32,127 nt of DNA from positions 1 through 32,127 of the forward strand of contig JAJYHF010000032.1 in the NCBI GenBank assembly GCA_021784875.1, read 5' to 3'. Position 1 is the stretch's first letter, and each line of letters starts with the position of its first letter. The notes beneath the pieces were generated by a model that worked only from the letters and a program-made list of their open reading frames with translations, had not been told where the DNA came from and made no database searches. Both the position numbers and the translations under genes were made by a program. This document shows positions 8,310 through 18,207 of this stretch, piece by piece. This DNA is from a bacterium (lineage in GTDB: Bacteria; Patescibacteriota; Minisyncoccia; Phycocordibacterales; Phycocordibacteraceae).

Positions 8310-9596
8310 TCATGCCTTCCGCTTCCATCTCTTCTCCTGGCGGACGAGACGAGAGGCGTCATCAAGGTCGGCGAGGAGAGCCCGGACGATGCGTTCGGTA
8401 CGGATCGACTGGGAGCCTTTCACCAAGATGACGTCGCCCGCGCGGACAAGCGCGGGGAGCGCTGCCGCGGCAGCGAACGAGTCGTCGAAATGCATGGTCT
8501 CGACCTCGCCCGCGGCCAAGACGAAAGCCTTCGCGCGGATGCCAACCGCGACGACGAGATTGGCCGCCTCGCCCGCGAGCGCGCCGATGCGTTCATGCTC
8601 CGCCACCGAATAGCGCCCGAGCTCGAGCATGTCGCCGAGAACGGCGATACGCCTCCCGGCGCGCGGGAAGGCCGCGAGCGTCGCGAGCGCTTCCTCGACG
8701 GCGGCGGGCGACGAATTATAGGAATCGTCGATGATGACTGAACCGTTTCTGCCGGAGAAGAGGCGGCTCCGGCCGGGCGGCGGCTCGTAGGCCGCGAGCG
8801 CGGCGAGTGCCTCGCCGGTCGGGATGCTGAAGGCAGCCGCAAGGGCGAGAGCAGCCGCGGCCGGCAGGATTTGCGTCTTCCCAAGCGAACCTCTTACGAC
8901 CAACTCCTCCTGCGCGCCACCCTCCGAGACGATCGCGTGCATCCCCGCAACCTTCTCCTCTTCCTCATAGAAATCGATCGCGCTGACCCGTATATTCGCG
9001 TCCTTACTCACGCCGTAGGTCATGACTCGCGCCGACGTGCCACGCGCCGCTTCGAGTGCATAAAGGTCGTCGGCGCAGACGATGAGCGGCGCTCCGGCAG
9101 GGAGCGCGTACGCTGGCGAGAACTCCTCTTCGCGCACCGCCTCAGGCGAGGCGTAGGCCTCGACGTGTACCGGTATCTCCGGCAGGCGGGTGATCACGAC
9201 CGCGTCGGGCGTCACGATGCGCAGGATGCGCGCGAGGTCGCCCGGCTCCTCCGCTCCCACCTCGAGCACGAGCAGGTTCGGGAAATGATTCGGCAACAAG
9301 AGGAGCGCGAGCACGCTTTTAGCGATGCCAGTCCAGGCAAATAGGTTACGTCCCGGATCCTTCTTCACGCCAAAAATCGCGTAAGGGACGCCGAATTCGG
9401 TGTTGAAATTCTTCTCGCTCTTGCGCACGAAGAAGCGCGGCGCAAGCGCGGCGGCGGCAGCGTCCTTGGTCGACGTCTTCCCTACCGATCCGCTCACCAT
9501 CACGACCTTCGGACGGTAGCGGCGGATGATCGCATAGGCGAAGAAGCCGAGAAACGCGGCGGCGAATGATTTGACGATACGCTTGAGCATAGCCAT
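8310..9596 (-). CDS. murF: UDP-N-acetylmuramoyl-tripeptide--D-alanyl-D-alanine ligase
   Basis: GSVGKTSTK, IIDDSYNSSP, AVLGDMLELG and ILVKGS motifs. Confidence 0.92.
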   Translation of the reverse strand: MAMLKRIVKSFAAAFLGFFAYAIIRRYRPKVVMVSGSVGKTSTKDAAAAALAPRFFVRKSEKNFNTEFGVPYAIFGVKKDPGRNLFAWTGIAKSVLALLLLPNHFPNLLVLEVGAEEPGDLARILRIVTPDAVVITRLPEIPVHVEAYASPEAVREEEFSPAYALPAGAPLIVCADDLYALEAARGTSARVMTYGVSKDANIRVSAIDFYEEEEKVAGMHAIVSEGGAQEELVVRGSLGKTQILPAAAALALAAAFSIPTGEALAALAAYEPPPGRSRLFSGRNGSVIIDDSYNSSPAAVEEALATLAAFPRAGRRIAVLGDMLELGRYSVAEHERIGALAGEAANLVVAVGIRAKAFVLAAGEVETMHFDDSFAAAAALPALVRAGDVILVKGSQSIRTERIVRALLADLDDASRLVRQEKRWKRKA

Positions 9597-9628
9597 AGGA
9601 AGATGTTACCGCGCACCGGCGCGAAGCG

Positions 9629-11398
9629 CTATTCCGGCACGCGCGCCGGCAGCGGGAGCACGTCTGCAGGGTCGGGCGGAATATTGTAGTAATCAATGAG
9701 GAAGTTCGTAAGATCCATGAACGTGGGAGTCAACGTCTCCGACGCGTAGGTGACTCCCTGCGGCCGATTCGTGAAGAGGAGTATCACGAAGCGTGGCGCA
9801 TATGCCGGGAAGAACCCGAAGAACGAATGGAAATAGACGTCCGAGTAGTAGCCGCCGCCGGGCCTCTCGACCTGCGCGGTTCCGGTCTTCGCCGCGACCG
9901 GGACATCCGCGTATTGGGCCGACGGATCAGAGTCGATGACGAGCTTCGCATCGTTCGGGTAGACCGTAACGAGCATTTTCGTCACCTCACGGGCGGTATC
10001 CGCTGAGAATACCTGCCCGGCATTCGGCCAATCGAGCGTGCGCGTCACGCCGGAATCGAGCTTAATACCCGATACGAGATGCGGCGTCTCCATGATGCCG
10101 CCATTAGCGACTGCCGCCAGGGCGCGCAGCATCGCGACCGGCGTGACCGCGATACCTTGCCCGAACGACATGTTGTCGAAATTCACCTGCTGCGTGGTGT
10201 CGAGATTGCTGATGAGTCCCCGCTGCTCGTCCGGAAGGTCGATGCCGGTCAGGTTGCCGAAGTAGCTTTCGAAATACTTACGGAAAAGCGGCTGGCCGAG
10301 CTTCGTCGCGACCCAGGACGCGCCGACGTTGAGCGAATGCTCGATGACTTGTGTCATGTCGGTCGTACCGCGCGGCTTGAAATCGTAGTTGCAGATCCGC
10401 GCGGTATTGACCGTGATGCAGCCGGTATCATCGTATGTGGAATCTGGTGTGACGGCGTCTGCGTCGAGGCCGGCCGCCATGGTGAGCGGCTTCATGATGC
10501 TGCCGAACTCGTACACGTTCTCGACGAGCGGGTTGCGCAAGAGCGACGGGTCGATCGAGGCGAGGTCATTCGGATCGAATGACGGATAACTCCCGAGCGC
10601 GATGATCGCGCCCGTTTTCGGGTCCATGATGATACCTCCGGTCTCCTGGCTCGAATATCGCTTCGCAGCCCGCTCAAGGTCGTCCATAAGCCGCGTCTCA
10701 ACCTCTGGCTCGATCGTGGTCACGACATCGCCTTCGTGCGCGTCCTGCGGCGAGACGAGAAGATTCCCGACATTGGAAAAGATTTCCGCGAAGAAATTCT
10801 TATACAGGCCGTCGCCTGAACGCGAGAGCGTGTTGTCATAGCTGGCTTCGAGACCGGTCTGGCCGGTAAGCGTGTCGCCGGACCCATAGGAAACGATACC
10901 GATCGACTGGGCAGCGAGATCGCCGCCTGGGTACAATCGCCAACGCTCGCGCAAGACCTGCACGCCCGGGACTGCAAGTGCGGCGAGCGCCTGTCCGTCG
11001 ACGTCATCGAGATGATGCGCGACCTCGACATACACCAGGCTCTTCTTGGCAGCCGCCGCGAGGAACGCGTCATGCGAGATCAAGTCCGTCGAGGAAGCGA
11101 CGCGCGCGATCGCGGCATACGCCGCCTCAGGGTCCTTGAGCGTCTGCGGGTTGATCGCGACGAGGAATCCGGTCGCGAGCGTTGCCGCGCTGATGAGCGT
11201 CCCATCCTTCTGCGTGAAGTAGATCGAGCCACGGTCGAAAAGACCGCTCCCGCTCGAGGCGAACTGCTTGTCAGCCTTCAACGCATAATCCTGGCCGTGT
11301 ACGACCTCGACGAAATAGAGGCGGGCGACGATGAGGAACGTGATAAGGGCGATGGCCCCGAGTACAAGACGGATACGACCTCGGAACTGTGCGCGCAT
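9629..11398 (-). CDS. ftsI: Class B penicillin-binding protein (FtsI-like transpeptidase)
   Basis: N-terminal TM, SIMK (SxxK), SLN (SxN) and KTGT motifs, in dcw position. Confidence 0.88.
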   Translation of the reverse strand: MRAQFRGRIRLVLGAIALITFLIVARLYFVEVVHGQDYALKADKQFASSGSGLFDRGSIYFTQKDGTLISAATLATGFLVAINPQTLKDPEAAYAAIARVASSTDLISHDAFLAAAAKKSLVYVEVAHHLDDVDGQALAALAVPGVQVLRERWRLYPGGDLAAQSIGIVSYGSGDTLTGQTGLEASYDNTLSRSGDGLYKNFFAEIFSNVGNLLVSPQDAHEGDVVTTIEPEVETRLMDDLERAAKRYSSQETGGIIMDPKTGAIIALGSYPSFDPNDLASIDPSLLRNPLVENVYEFGSIMKPLTMAAGLDADAVTPDSTYDDTGCITVNTARICNYDFKPRGTTDMTQVIEHSLNVGASWVATKLGQPLFRKYFESYFGNLTGIDLPDEQRGLISNLDTTQQVNFDNMSFGQGIAVTPVAMLRALAAVANGGIMETPHLVSGIKLDSGVTRTLDWPNAGQVFSADTAREVTKMLVTVYPNDAKLVIDSDPSAQYADVPVAAKTGTAQVERPGGGYYSDVYFHSFFGFFPAYAPRFVILLFTNRPQGVTYASETLTPTFMDLTNFLIDYYNIPPDPADVLPLPARVPE

Positions 11399-11406
11399 AC
11401 GGTTCG

Positions 11407-11700
11407 CTAACGCAGGGCGGTCGCGCTCGTCGACGGTACGTAGACCGTCGCGACAGGAGCGGCGTAGCCCTCTACGGAATAATCAGTCGCCGTGATGCGC
11501 GCGACGGCAGCGAGGTACTGTCCTTCGAGCGTAGCTACCGCCGAATCGTCGTCCCGGACCGACTGCGAGAAGCTGATCGTAAGCGCGGCATAGCTCATGA
11601 CGACGGCGATAAGCGCGATATAGACGACCGCGAGGATGCCGACCGTGCCAGAAAGGACCGCGACAGGAGACCAAGGGAGATGGAAGCGGTTGTTACGCAT
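11407..11700 (-). CDS. Small bitopic membrane protein in the ftsL position
   Basis: A single TM followed by a short helical region, located between rsmH and ftsI. Confidence 0.7.
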   Translation of the reverse strand: MRNNRFHLPWSPVAVLSGTVGILAVVYIALIAVVMSYAALTISFSQSVRDDDSAVATLEGQYLAAVARITATDYSVEGYAAPVATVYVPSTSATALR

Positions 11701-12577
11701 AAGAAAAGATGCGGAGTTTCGCACTCCGGGCACGGCGGTTCGCGAGCACCTCGACGCGAGAAGGCATGATCGGCTTCTGCAGCCGACCGCCAGGAGCCGC
11801 ATCGCGCAGGATATGCTTCACGATGCGGTCCTCGGCGCTATGGAACGAGATGACTGCCAGACGGCCGTCTTCGGCAAGCGCCGCAAGCGCAGCCGCGAGC
11901 CCTTCGCGCAAGGCGCCGAACTCGTCATTAGTCGCGATACGGAGCGCTTGGAAGGTCTTGGTCGCCGGATGGGTCTTGCGTCGGTGATACCACGCGGGCG
12001 TACCTGCGAGCACCGCAGCGACCAAGGCGCCGGTCGTGAGGATGCGCTCCTTCGCGCGCACCTCGACGATCGCCCGCGCTATACCGCGCGCGAACCGTTC
12101 TTCGCCGTAAGCGTAGAGGATATCGGCGAGCGCCTCTTCGGGATAGCTGTTGACGATGTCAGCCGCCGTCTCCCCTCCCTCGCCATAGGTCATGAGGAGC
12201 GGCTCGTCCTTCTGGAAGGAGAAGCCGCGCGGTGCCGCCACCTGGTAGCCGCTCCAACCGAGGTCGAAGAGGATCTTGTCGATATGCCCGATACCGAGAC
12301 GCGCGAGAATGCGGGTAAGGTTGCGGAAGTTGTCGTTGACGATATGCGCGACCGGCCGCTCGGGTCGGCGATCCTGCGCATACGCTTCACGACCGCGTTC
12401 GACCGCCGCCGGATCGGCGTCGATGCCGATGATGACCCCGCCCTCGCCGAGACGCGCGAGGAGCGCGTTGAAGTGCCCCGCCCCGCCGATCGTCGCGTCG
12501 ACGACCGTATCGCTCGACTGCACGTCGAGCGCTTCAAGCACTTCGCTCATAAGCACACTGTCGTGGCGAGCCTCCAT
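11693..12577 (-). CDS. rsmH: 16S rRNA m4C1402 methyltransferase
   Basis: HDSVL, VDATIGGAGH, DLGWS, RGFSF, YGEE, HPATKTFQALRIATNDE, ISFHSAEDRIVK and RARSAKLR. Confidence 0.96.
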   Translation of the reverse strand: MEARHDSVLMSEVLEALDVQSSDTVVDATIGGAGHFNALLARLGEGGVIIGIDADPAAVERGREAYAQDRRPERPVAHIVNDNFRNLTRILARLGIGHIDKILFDLGWSGYQVAAPRGFSFQKDEPLLMTYGEGGETAADIVNSYPEEALADILYAYGEERFARGIARAIVEVRAKERILTTGALVAAVLAGTPAWYHRRKTHPATKTFQALRIATNDEFGALREGLAAALAALAEDGRLAVISFHSAEDRIVKHILRDAAPGGRLQKPIMPSRVEVLANRRARSAKLRIFSYA

Positions 12578-12578
12578 A

Positions 12579-13001
12579 TCAATGGTCGACCTTCTCGGCG
12601 AAAGAATCCGCATCGCGTTCGATGTCGGCCGTGTACCGCTTCCAGGCACCTTCTTCCCAGATCTCGACCCGGTCGGCAACACCGGCGACGACAGCCTTAT
12701 CCTTGATCGAGGCAAACGACTTCAGAGAATCGGGGATGAGCACGCGACCCGCCTTGTCGACCTCGGCTTCGGCAGACCCGGCGAGAAAAAGCCTCGCGAG
12801 ACCGCGCCGCGCCGCGCCGCCGTTCACGTCGGCAGCATAGGCGCGCGCCTCCTCCTCCCACGCCTTACGCGAGTAGACGTTCAGACAATGATCGAGGCCG
12901 CGCGTCACGACGACGACGCGACCGAGCTCCTTCCGGAACTTCGCCGGAATCGAGATTCGATTCTTCGTGTCGAGGGTGTGCAGGTATTCTCCGAGGAACA
13001 T
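12579..13001 (-). CDS. mraZ: Transcriptional regulator MraZ
   Basis: MFLGEYLHTLDTKNRISIPAKFR...VDKAGRVLIP...RVEIW. Confidence 0.96.
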   Translation of the reverse strand: MFLGEYLHTLDTKNRISIPAKFRKELGRVVVVTRGLDHCLNVYSRKAWEEEARAYAADVNGGAARRGLARLFLAGSAEAEVDKAGRVLIPDSLKSFASIKDKAVVAGVADRVEIWEEGAWKRYTADIERDADSFAEKVDH

Positions 13002-13039
13002 GGCAGGAGGCTTGCGAGCGGAGAGGATTATCCCTTCTC

Positions 13040-13085
13040 CCCACTTCACTAACCATGTTTGGCATTATATCCCACTCTGCCCCAC
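13040..13085 (-). promoter_or_regulatory. dcw promoter with GTGGG MraZ boxes and TATAAT -10
   Basis: Minus strand reads GTGGG-gcaga-GTGGG-a-TATAAT (13085-13064), with a third GTGGG at 13044-13040. Confidence 0.75.
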
Positions 13086-13098
13086 CGCTTGGGACCGG

Positions 13099-13107
13099 TT
13101 ATCCACA
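13099..13107 (+). promoter_or_regulatory. Consensus DnaA box
   Basis: TTATCCACA in the divergent spacer upstream of mraZ. Confidence 0.5.
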
Positions 13108-13242
13108 CGTCCGATGATTAAGCGAAATTTAACGGCAAAAGTCCATACTTTGTTCCTAGATGAACAACCCGCCAGGCCTATTAAGTAAGTGCCACACCCT
13201 TTTATCAGCCATCACTCGCCTCTTATGATTATGATCACTTCT

Positions 13243-13899
13243 ATGACCAAACGCGAAGGCGTCTTTATCGGAGCCTTGCTCGCCATCGCGATAATCGGTG
13301 CGTTCCATGCTCCGGCGCATGCGCAGGTCAGCAACCGCACGCCGATCGGCAGCCAGCTCTCCCTCGGCTCGACCGGCGCGAATGTGACGCGATTGCAGCA
13401 GTTCCTCGCGACCAACCCGCTCATCTATCCGCAAGGCATCGTGAGCGGCTATTACGGCCCGCTCACGCGGACGGCCGTCGACCAGTTCCAGATCGGCTAC
13501 GGCCTGCCGCCGGTCGGACAGGTCGGTCCCTTGACGCTCGCGAAGATAAACGCCCTTATCGCTGCAGGGGACATACCGGACGTCTCTGCGCCGTCTGAAA
13601 GCAATGTCACCGCGACACCGGCATCGACCAGCGCGACCATAGCCTGGATGACGAACGAGCTCGCGATCGGGAAGGTGCACTACGCCACTACCCCGATCTC
13701 CATGTTTGAGACGAGCGCCGCGAAGACCGAACCGGTCATAAGCGGGTCAGTACTCACGGAATCAGCTCCGACAATAAGCCATTCGGTCACCCTCTCCAAC
13801 CTCATGCCGAACACGCTCTATTATTATGTCGTCGAATCAATCGATCCGCCGGGCAACGTATCAGTGACGCTCCCCGCCACCTTCACGACGATGCCCTGA
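13243..13899 (+). CDS. Exported protein with peptidoglycan-binding domain and C-terminal FN3-like domain
   Basis: Signal peptide ends PAHA. LSLGSTGANVTRLQQFL...GYYGPLTRTAVDQFQ...GQVGPLT is followed by ATIAWMTNE...HSVTLSNLMPNTLYYY. TATGAT lies 7 nt before the ATG. Confidence 0.88.
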   Translation: MTKREGVFIGALLAIAIIGAFHAPAHAQVSNRTPIGSQLSLGSTGANVTRLQQFLATNPLIYPQGIVSGYYGPLTRTAVDQFQIGYGLPPVGQVGPLTLAKINALIAAGDIPDVSAPSESNVTATPASTSATIAWMTNELAIGKVHYATTPISMFETSAAKTEPVISGSVLTESAPTISHSVTLSNLMPNTLYYYVVESIDPPGNVSVTLPATFTTMP

Positions 13900-13906
13900 T
13901 AGTCTT

Positions 13907-15481
13907 TTAGAGCTGCTGTGCGGCTTCAGAGAGGCGCGTGATAACGAAATCGTGTGGAAGGCCGGCGAGGAACCAACCCGCTTTGGGACCGGAGTCGCGG
14001 CCGAGGAAGATGCGGTAAATCGCCTGGAAGAGCTCTTTCGGCGCTATGGGCGTTTCTTCTTTCAGCTCGTGCAAACGGGCGTGAATGTCTTCGCCTGAGC
14101 GTTTGTCGCCTTGTATGAAATCCGCGAGCGCTCCGAGCGCTTTCTTCTGAGCGCCTGTGAGGTCTGCTTTCGGTAGTGTCATCTGTACCTTGTACAGGAA
14201 TTCTTCCGGCGCATACGTATCCAGCCAATGGCGCGCATAATGCGCGCGCCCGTTTACTGCCAACACTTCTTCCTGGGTTATCGTGGATCCTTTGGCTCGT
14301 TCCGCTTCATTTTCCAAAGAGAGATGCGGCATCTGCACGATGAACGCGACCTCGCGAAATCGCATCTGCCATGGCAGAGGCAGCGTCGCCTGATCCTCGG
14401 GCAGCTGGCAGAAAGTATAGAGGCGAGAATGGTCGTCGACGGCGCCTGAGCGCACCGCTTCAGCGAGCTCATCGTACCAATCGTAGAGGCGCGGCACCGA
14501 ATCGCCGGAGGGGTCGACGTCTATCTGCTGATTGATCTCCCTTCCGATGAGCGCAAGACGGAAGACCTGGGGCGGGAAGAGGTCGCTCATATCCTTAGCA
14601 GAACTGCCCTGCCCCTTCGAGGAGGACATCTTCTTCCCGCCGACGAGGAAGAATTCGTAGGGAATGTCGAAAGGCGGTTCATAGTCGAAGACCTCGCGTG
14701 CGATGTGATTCGCCACGTCGCGCGAACCGCCTTTGGTCGAATGGTCCTTGCCACCTCCCTCGATGTCGACACCGTTCACTACCCATTTCGCCGCCCACTC
14801 AGCCTTCCAGAAAAGCTTCCCTGTCCCTTTCCAGGGTGCGACACGACCGGAATGTCCGCAAGGAACGGAACCGTCGGGAGACCGGTCGCAGGTGTAACCG
14901 ACCATCTCGCCGTCGAAGTCGTAGGAGCGCGTCGTCATTATCTTTCCGCACTGTTCGCAGATGGCCGAGAACGGGAGCCACGACTCGTCCTTCTCGCTTC
15001 CGGAAACTTCCTTGAGGATGCGGCGAATGTCGCCTGATCGCTCGAGCGCAGTCCTGATAAGCGGATCCATCTTCCCTGAGCGATAGAGCTCAGTGAGCCG
15101 GTAATAAGCGGGAGTGAAGCCGGCTTTCTTATGCACGGCGATGAACTCATCGCCATAGTATTCGGCGAAGTTAGCATACCCAGGCTCCGGGCTCGGGACG
15201 GCATAAAGCGGCTTCCCGAGATGCTCTTTGAACTTTTCCGCGTCGAGATAACCCGGAATCGAATCGAAAGGATCGAAATCGTTTATCTCGAAACGATACG
15301 CGTTCGCGATGCCCTGCTCCGAGAGTGCTTCGCCGACGAGCCCGTGAATGGCGACACCGCGCATGCTTCCGACATGCACCCGACCCGAGATCGTCTTCTC
15401 GTCACGGATGAGGAACGTCTTGCCGTCGCGCGGCTTGCGCGTCTTCACTATCTCACCCGCTATCCGATCGGCCCACAGCAT
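13907..15481 (-). CDS. lysS: Lysine--tRNA ligase, class I
   Basis: SGRVHVG (HIGH-like), KLFWKAEWAAKW, GKDH, KMSSSKG and the C-terminal SGPKAG. Confidence 0.95.
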   Translation of the reverse strand: MLWADRIAGEIVKTRKPRDGKTFLIRDEKTISGRVHVGSMRGVAIHGLVGEALSEQGIANAYRFEINDFDPFDSIPGYLDAEKFKEHLGKPLYAVPSPEPGYANFAEYYGDEFIAVHKKAGFTPAYYRLTELYRSGKMDPLIRTALERSGDIRRILKEVSGSEKDESWLPFSAICEQCGKIMTTRSYDFDGEMVGYTCDRSPDGSVPCGHSGRVAPWKGTGKLFWKAEWAAKWVVNGVDIEGGGKDHSTKGGSRDVANHIAREVFDYEPPFDIPYEFFLVGGKKMSSSKGQGSSAKDMSDLFPPQVFRLALIGREINQQIDVDPSGDSVPRLYDWYDELAEAVRSGAVDDHSRLYTFCQLPEDQATLPLPWQMRFREVAFIVQMPHLSLENEAERAKGSTITQEEVLAVNGRAHYARHWLDTYAPEEFLYKVQMTLPKADLTGAQKKALGALADFIQGDKRSGEDIHARLHELKEETPIAPKELFQAIYRIFLGRDSGPKAGWFLAGLPHDFVITRLSEAAQQL

Positions 15482-15502
15482 GTGGCGTATCGTAGCACAA
15501 AC

Positions 15503-15979
15503 CTACGCCACCTTCTCGATCGTGTAGGTCTGGCGGCCGGCGGGGGTATCGAAGGTGAAGGTGTCGCCCTTCTTCTTGCCCATGAGTGCTGCGCCGAGCG
15601 GAGAGACGTGCGAGAGCTTCTTCACGCGCATGTCGGCCTCCTCGCTGCCGACGATGGTGTACTCGTGCACCTCCGCGCTCCCCTCCTTCTTGATCGAGAC
15701 CTTGGAGCCGAAGCTGACCTCGTCCTTCTTCTTGTTGTCGGTGAGGATCTTCGTATTCTTCACGAGGTCCTCGAGCTTCTTGATACGCTCCTCGGTCGCG
15801 GCCTGCAGGTCGCGCGCCTCCTGGTATTCGGCATTCTCCGAGAGGTCACCGAGCGCACGGGCGTATTCGAGGTTCTTGGCGATCTCGGTGCGACGGACCG
15901 TCTTCAGATATTCGAGCTCTTTGATCATCTCATCGAACTTCTCCTTCGAGACGACGTCATGGTTGGTGGTGTCATTCAT
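15503..15979 (-). CDS. greA: Transcription elongation factor GreA
   Basis: ARALGDLSENAEYQEAR and SPLGAALMGKKKGD. Confidence 0.96.
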   Translation of the reverse strand: MNDTTNHDVVSKEKFDEMIKELEYLKTVRRTEIAKNLEYARALGDLSENAEYQEARDLQAATEERIKKLEDLVKNTKILTDNKKKDEVSFGSKVSIKKEGSAEVHEYTIVGSEEADMRVKKLSHVSPLGAALMGKKKGDTFTFDTPAGRQTYTIEKVA

Positions 15980-16023
15980 AGTGCGCGTTATTGTACGCGA
16001 CCCCCACGCAGGCGCAAGGGCGG

Positions 16024-16032
16024 TGTGGATAA
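16024..16032 (-). promoter_or_regulatory. Consensus DnaA box
   Basis: TGTGGATAA in the greA/trxB divergent spacer. Confidence 0.45.
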
Positions 16033-16095
16033 ATCGCCTATCCTGCGACACGAGCGGTGGCAGGAGCGAGGCGGGTGCGATACACTGGTATACAT

Positions 16096-17043
16096 ATGCA
16101 AACGGACTATGAAGCGATCATTATCGGCGGCGGCCCGGCAGGCGTCGCGGCAGGGATCTATGCGGCGCGCAAGCGCTTGAAGACGCTCCTCGTCGCTGAA
16201 GAGATCGGCGGTCAATCGACCGTCTCCTCGCGCATCGAGAACTGGGTCGGCACGCCCGTGATCAGTGGCGCCGACCTCGGGAAGGCTATGCGCTCGCATC
16301 TCGATTCGGTCGCCGACACCGGCGGGAAGGATTCGACCCTCACGCTCGCGCTCGGCGAGCGCGCCGTCTCGCTCGCGAAGAGCGGCGACGGATTCATCGC
16401 GACCACCACGTCGGGCAAGGCGCTCACCGCCAAGGCCGTACTCATCGCCACCGGCGCCGCACACCGCAAGCTCGATATCCCCGGCGCGGACCGCTTCGAG
16501 CACAAGGGCGTCACCTACTGCGCCTCCTGCGACGGGCCGGTCTTCTCAGGCCAGGACGTCGCGGTCGTGGGCGGCGGCAACGCCGGCTTCGATGCGGCCT
16601 CCCAGCTCCTCGCTTACGCGAAGTCCGTCACCCTCCTCCACCGCCGGAGCGAATTCAAGGCCGACCCGGAGACCGTCGAGAAGGTTCTCGCACATCCGAA
16701 CATGCGCACCATCATGCCCGTCGAACCGGTCGCTGTGGAGGGCGGCCAGTTCGTCACCGGCCTCGTCTATAAGGACATCAACACCGGCGAGACCCATGAA
16801 CTCCCTGTCGCGGGCGTCTTCGTCGAGATCGGCGTCGTCCCGAGCACTGATCTCGTGAAAGGGCTCCTCGAGCTCGACCAGACCGGGCACATCCCCGTCG
16901 ACGCGCGCACGCAGCGCACCGCGGTCGCGGGCGTCTGGGCGGCGGGCGACTGCACCGACGAGCTCTACCATCAGAACAACATCGCCGCCGGCGACGGCGC
17001 CAAGGCGATGGAGGATCTCTACCTCTGGTTTAAGAAGCAGTAA
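16096..17043 (+). CDS. trxB: Thioredoxin reductase / AhpF C-terminal-like FAD-dependent disulfide reductase
   Basis: GGGPAG, GVTYCASCDG (CxxC), GGGNAG and WAAGD. Confidence 0.88.
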   Translation: MQTDYEAIIIGGGPAGVAAGIYAARKRLKTLLVAEEIGGQSTVSSRIENWVGTPVISGADLGKAMRSHLDSVADTGGKDSTLTLALGERAVSLAKSGDGFIATTTSGKALTAKAVLIATGAAHRKLDIPGADRFEHKGVTYCASCDGPVFSGQDVAVVGGGNAGFDAASQLLAYAKSVTLLHRRSEFKADPETVEKVLAHPNMRTIMPVEPVAVEGGQFVTGLVYKDINTGETHELPVAGVFVEIGVVPSTDLVKGLLELDQTGHIPVDARTQRTAVAGVWAAGDCTDELYHQNNIAAGDGAKAMEDLYLWFKKQ

Positions 17044-17055
17044 AAGTCCATATGT

Positions 17056-17099
17056 AAAAAGAAACGCGCTCGCGAGAGGACAAGCCTCAAGCGAGCGCG
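17056..17099 (-). terminator. Intrinsic terminator for the minus-strand ORFan, possibly bidirectional
   Basis: CGCGCTCGC (17065-17073) pairs with GCGAGCGCG (17091-17099), followed on the minus strand by TTTCTTTTT. Confidence 0.75.
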
Positions 17100-17109
17100 G
17101 ATCCCGATA

Positions 17110-17427
17110 CTACCGGGAGATAAGGAGGTTGATGGCTCCGTCTCCGTCTTCCAGACGGACGACCTGCACCGTTTCTTTTTCGCTCGCAGCGAAGAGGACT
17201 GCCGACATACCAGGACGCTCTAAGAGCTGGACAATTCCATCGACCATTATTTTCTGTTGGAACACAGGGTAACTTATCAATCGATTGCAAAGATTTTTCG
17301 CGGTAATCGTCAATCGGACTACCTTTCCCTTTCCTCCAGCACCCCAAAGCCCATACTCGAGATAACTACAGCTTTCAGATCTTTCTGCTCCACCCGGTAC
17401 TAAAGACATGATATCTACTCTCTTCAT
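17110..17427 (-). CDS. Hypothetical protein (105 aa), lower GC than neighbours
   Basis: AAGGAGG SD precedes ATG 17427, and a terminator follows the stop. Confidence 0.65.
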   Translation of the reverse strand: MKRVDIMSLVPGGAERSESCSYLEYGLWGAGGKGKVVRLTITAKNLCNRLISYPVFQQKIMVDGIVQLLERPGMSAVLFAASEKETVQVVRLEDGDGAINLLISR

Positions 17428-17526
17428 CTGCTGCCTCCTTTTTTGCCCGAGATTCGCGGAGATGTGCCGATCTCCTCTCGCGGCATTTGAATGTTCGTGG
17501 CACCCGGACTTAAGATAGCACAAACG

Positions 17527-18195
17527 TTACAACCAGTCAATGGGCGCTTCGCCGTGGGCGGCGAGGTAAGCGTTCGCCTGGCTGAAATGCTTGCTGCCGA
17601 AGAAGCCGGACGCGGCCGAGAAGGGCGAGGGGTGCGCCGCCTCGAGGACGAGGTGCTTGGTGCGGTCGATGTGCGCGCCTTTCTGCTTCGCATAATTGCC
17701 CCAGAGCATGAAGACGAGATGCTCACGCTCCCGCGAGAGTGCGGCTATGGCCGCGTCGGTGAAGCGCTCCCAGCCCTGGCCTTGGTGCGAGCCGGCGGAG
17801 CGCGCGCGGACGGTCAGCGTCGCATTGAGGAGCAGGACACCTTGCTTCGCCCAGCGGGTGAGGTCGCCCGAGCGATGCGCGAGCGGTACCCCTAGATCAC
17901 TTTCGATCTCTTTGAAGATGTTCTGGAGCGAAGGCGGCACCGAGACGCCGTCCTCGACGGCGAAGGCGAGGCCGTTCGCCTGCCGCGCGCCGTGGTAAGG
18001 GTCTTGGCCGAGGATGACCACCTTAACCTTGCCGAACGGGCAGAGGTCGAAGGCCCGGAAGATCTCCTTAGGCGGCGGATAGACCGCACCCTTCTTGTAT
18101 TCTTCCTTCACGAACGAGACGAGCTCGGCGAAGTAGGGTTGCTCGAACTCGCTCGCGAGGTGCTCCTTCCAGGACGGGTCGATCTTCACTTCCAT
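17527..18195 (-). CDS. ung: Uracil-DNA glycosylase (family 1)
   Basis: ILGQDPYH, PPSLQNI, QGVLLLN and HPSPFSA. Confidence 0.97.
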   Translation of the reverse strand: MEVKIDPSWKEHLASEFEQPYFAELVSFVKEEYKKGAVYPPPKEIFRAFDLCPFGKVKVVILGQDPYHGARQANGLAFAVEDGVSVPPSLQNIFKEIESDLGVPLAHRSGDLTRWAKQGVLLLNATLTVRARSAGSHQGQGWERFTDAAIAALSREREHLVFMLWGNYAKQKGAHIDRTKHLVLEAAHPSPFSAASGFFGSKHFSQANAYLAAHGEAPIDWL

Positions 18196-18207
18196 GCCGC
18201 GAGCATA

